Under the pieces are notes generated by a model. That model did not search any database, had not been told where the DNA came from, and saw only the letters and a list, made by a program, of their open reading frames with translations. This document shows, piece by piece, positions 63,431 to 64,000 of a stretch of 64,000 nt of DNA. The translations under genes and the position numbers were made by a program. Source of the stretch: Balanoglossus misakiensis (lineage: Eukaryota; Animalia; Hemichordata); the NCBI GenBank assembly GCA_040954595.2, contig CM082576.2, forward strand, positions 12,093,129 to 12,157,128, in the 5' to 3' direction. Each line of letters opens with the position of its first letter. Within the stretch, counting starts at the first letter, position 1.

Positions 63431-64000
63431 CTAGCATTCATCAGATTCGACCTCGGCTAACGTTTCGTTCCTGAGTGAGTACTGCCTCAGATACCGAACA
63501 TCGTCATAGTTCTTAACATGGGACGACTTTCCAGTGAGTCGCTCATACTCCATGTTTTCGGACGTCGCTCGGTTTTTCAGAAGCTCCTGCACCAGGCTTT
63601 TCAGCTGCACCGACGGCCGGCGCCTGTTCACTCGCTCTTCTACGTTGCCTCCCTTCTCGCTTATCTTCAGAGTGCGCAGCCTTTTCCAGATCGTGGCTTT
63701 CTCGTCGAGTTGCCCGATATCGGCTGGAACGCCTGGCTCGTTCGCCACGGTAAACCTGACCGTTTTGGACTTGAGCGGCGGTGACGTGACTCCGTCGGAC
63801 GACGCTGACGTCAGAGATGATCCCGTCGTCTTCGGCCTGCTGTCCGCAACAACACCCGTTGAAACTCCTTCGGATGTGGGGTTCGCCGCTGTCGCGTCCA
63901 CTGCTCCCTGCAGAATTGAATTCGTCTTTATGCGCGGCATGATCGACGACCATTTCTCCTTCGTTCCTTCCTTACTTCCGTCCTCCGTCGAGCTGCTCCC
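63431..64000 (-). CDS. C-terminal part of a third RYLR-motif paralog (cluster gene 8), 5' end outside the window
   Basis: The frame is open from the window edge (GSSSTEDGSKEGTKEKWSSIMPRIK...). Contains RPKTT, KTVRF, IWKRLRTLK, QLKSLVQELL and YDDVRYLRQY. Confidence 0.78.
   Translation of the reverse strand, partial: GSSSTEDGSKEGTKEKWSSIMPRIKTNSILQGAVDATAANPTSEGVSTGVVADSRPKTTGSSLTSASSDGVTSPPLKSKTVRFTVANEPGVPADIGQLDEKATIWKRLRTLKISEKGGNVEERVNRRRPSVQLKSLVQELLKNRATSENMEYERLTGKSSHVKNYDDVRYLRQYSLRNETLAEVESDEC

Noticed and set aside
1-64000. CRISPR arrays, rRNA, tRNA, transposase or reverse-transcriptase ORFs
   Set aside because: No repeat-spacer structure, RNA-gene signature or TE protein motif was seen.

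Overview
Eukaryotic (animal) genomic DNA with GT-AG introns and microsatellites. It is probably an invertebrate deuterostome such as a hemichordate, amphioxus or echinoderm (inference). No prokaryotic features, rRNA, tRNA or CRISPR were seen. The centre (36.4-47.6 kb) holds three multi-exon conserved genes that I could splice completely by hand: an RMDN3/PTPIP51-like gene (-, 8 coding exons), GCHFR (+) and DNAJC17 (-, 10 exons). Their order and orientation match what I recall of human 15q15. GCHFR has a tandemly duplicated terminal exon, giving two alternative C-termini, each followed by its own poly(A) signal. On both sides of this block lie eight genes whose CDS sits almost entirely in one large exon and encodes a basic, low-complexity, probably disordered protein. 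At least five share a 30-residue N-terminal coiled coil in identical register. The three right-hand genes share a C-terminal W-basic / LxxLV / (C)RYLR module reminiscent of CCDC190. The set shares short motifs (LPP[IL], RPxT[AS], RVxF-like) and is surrounded by many RFX X-box-like palindromes. The best candidate for an undescribed system is therefore a locally expanded, possibly cilia-related cluster of CCDC190-like proteins. Small MITE-like elements and transposon footprints are also present.
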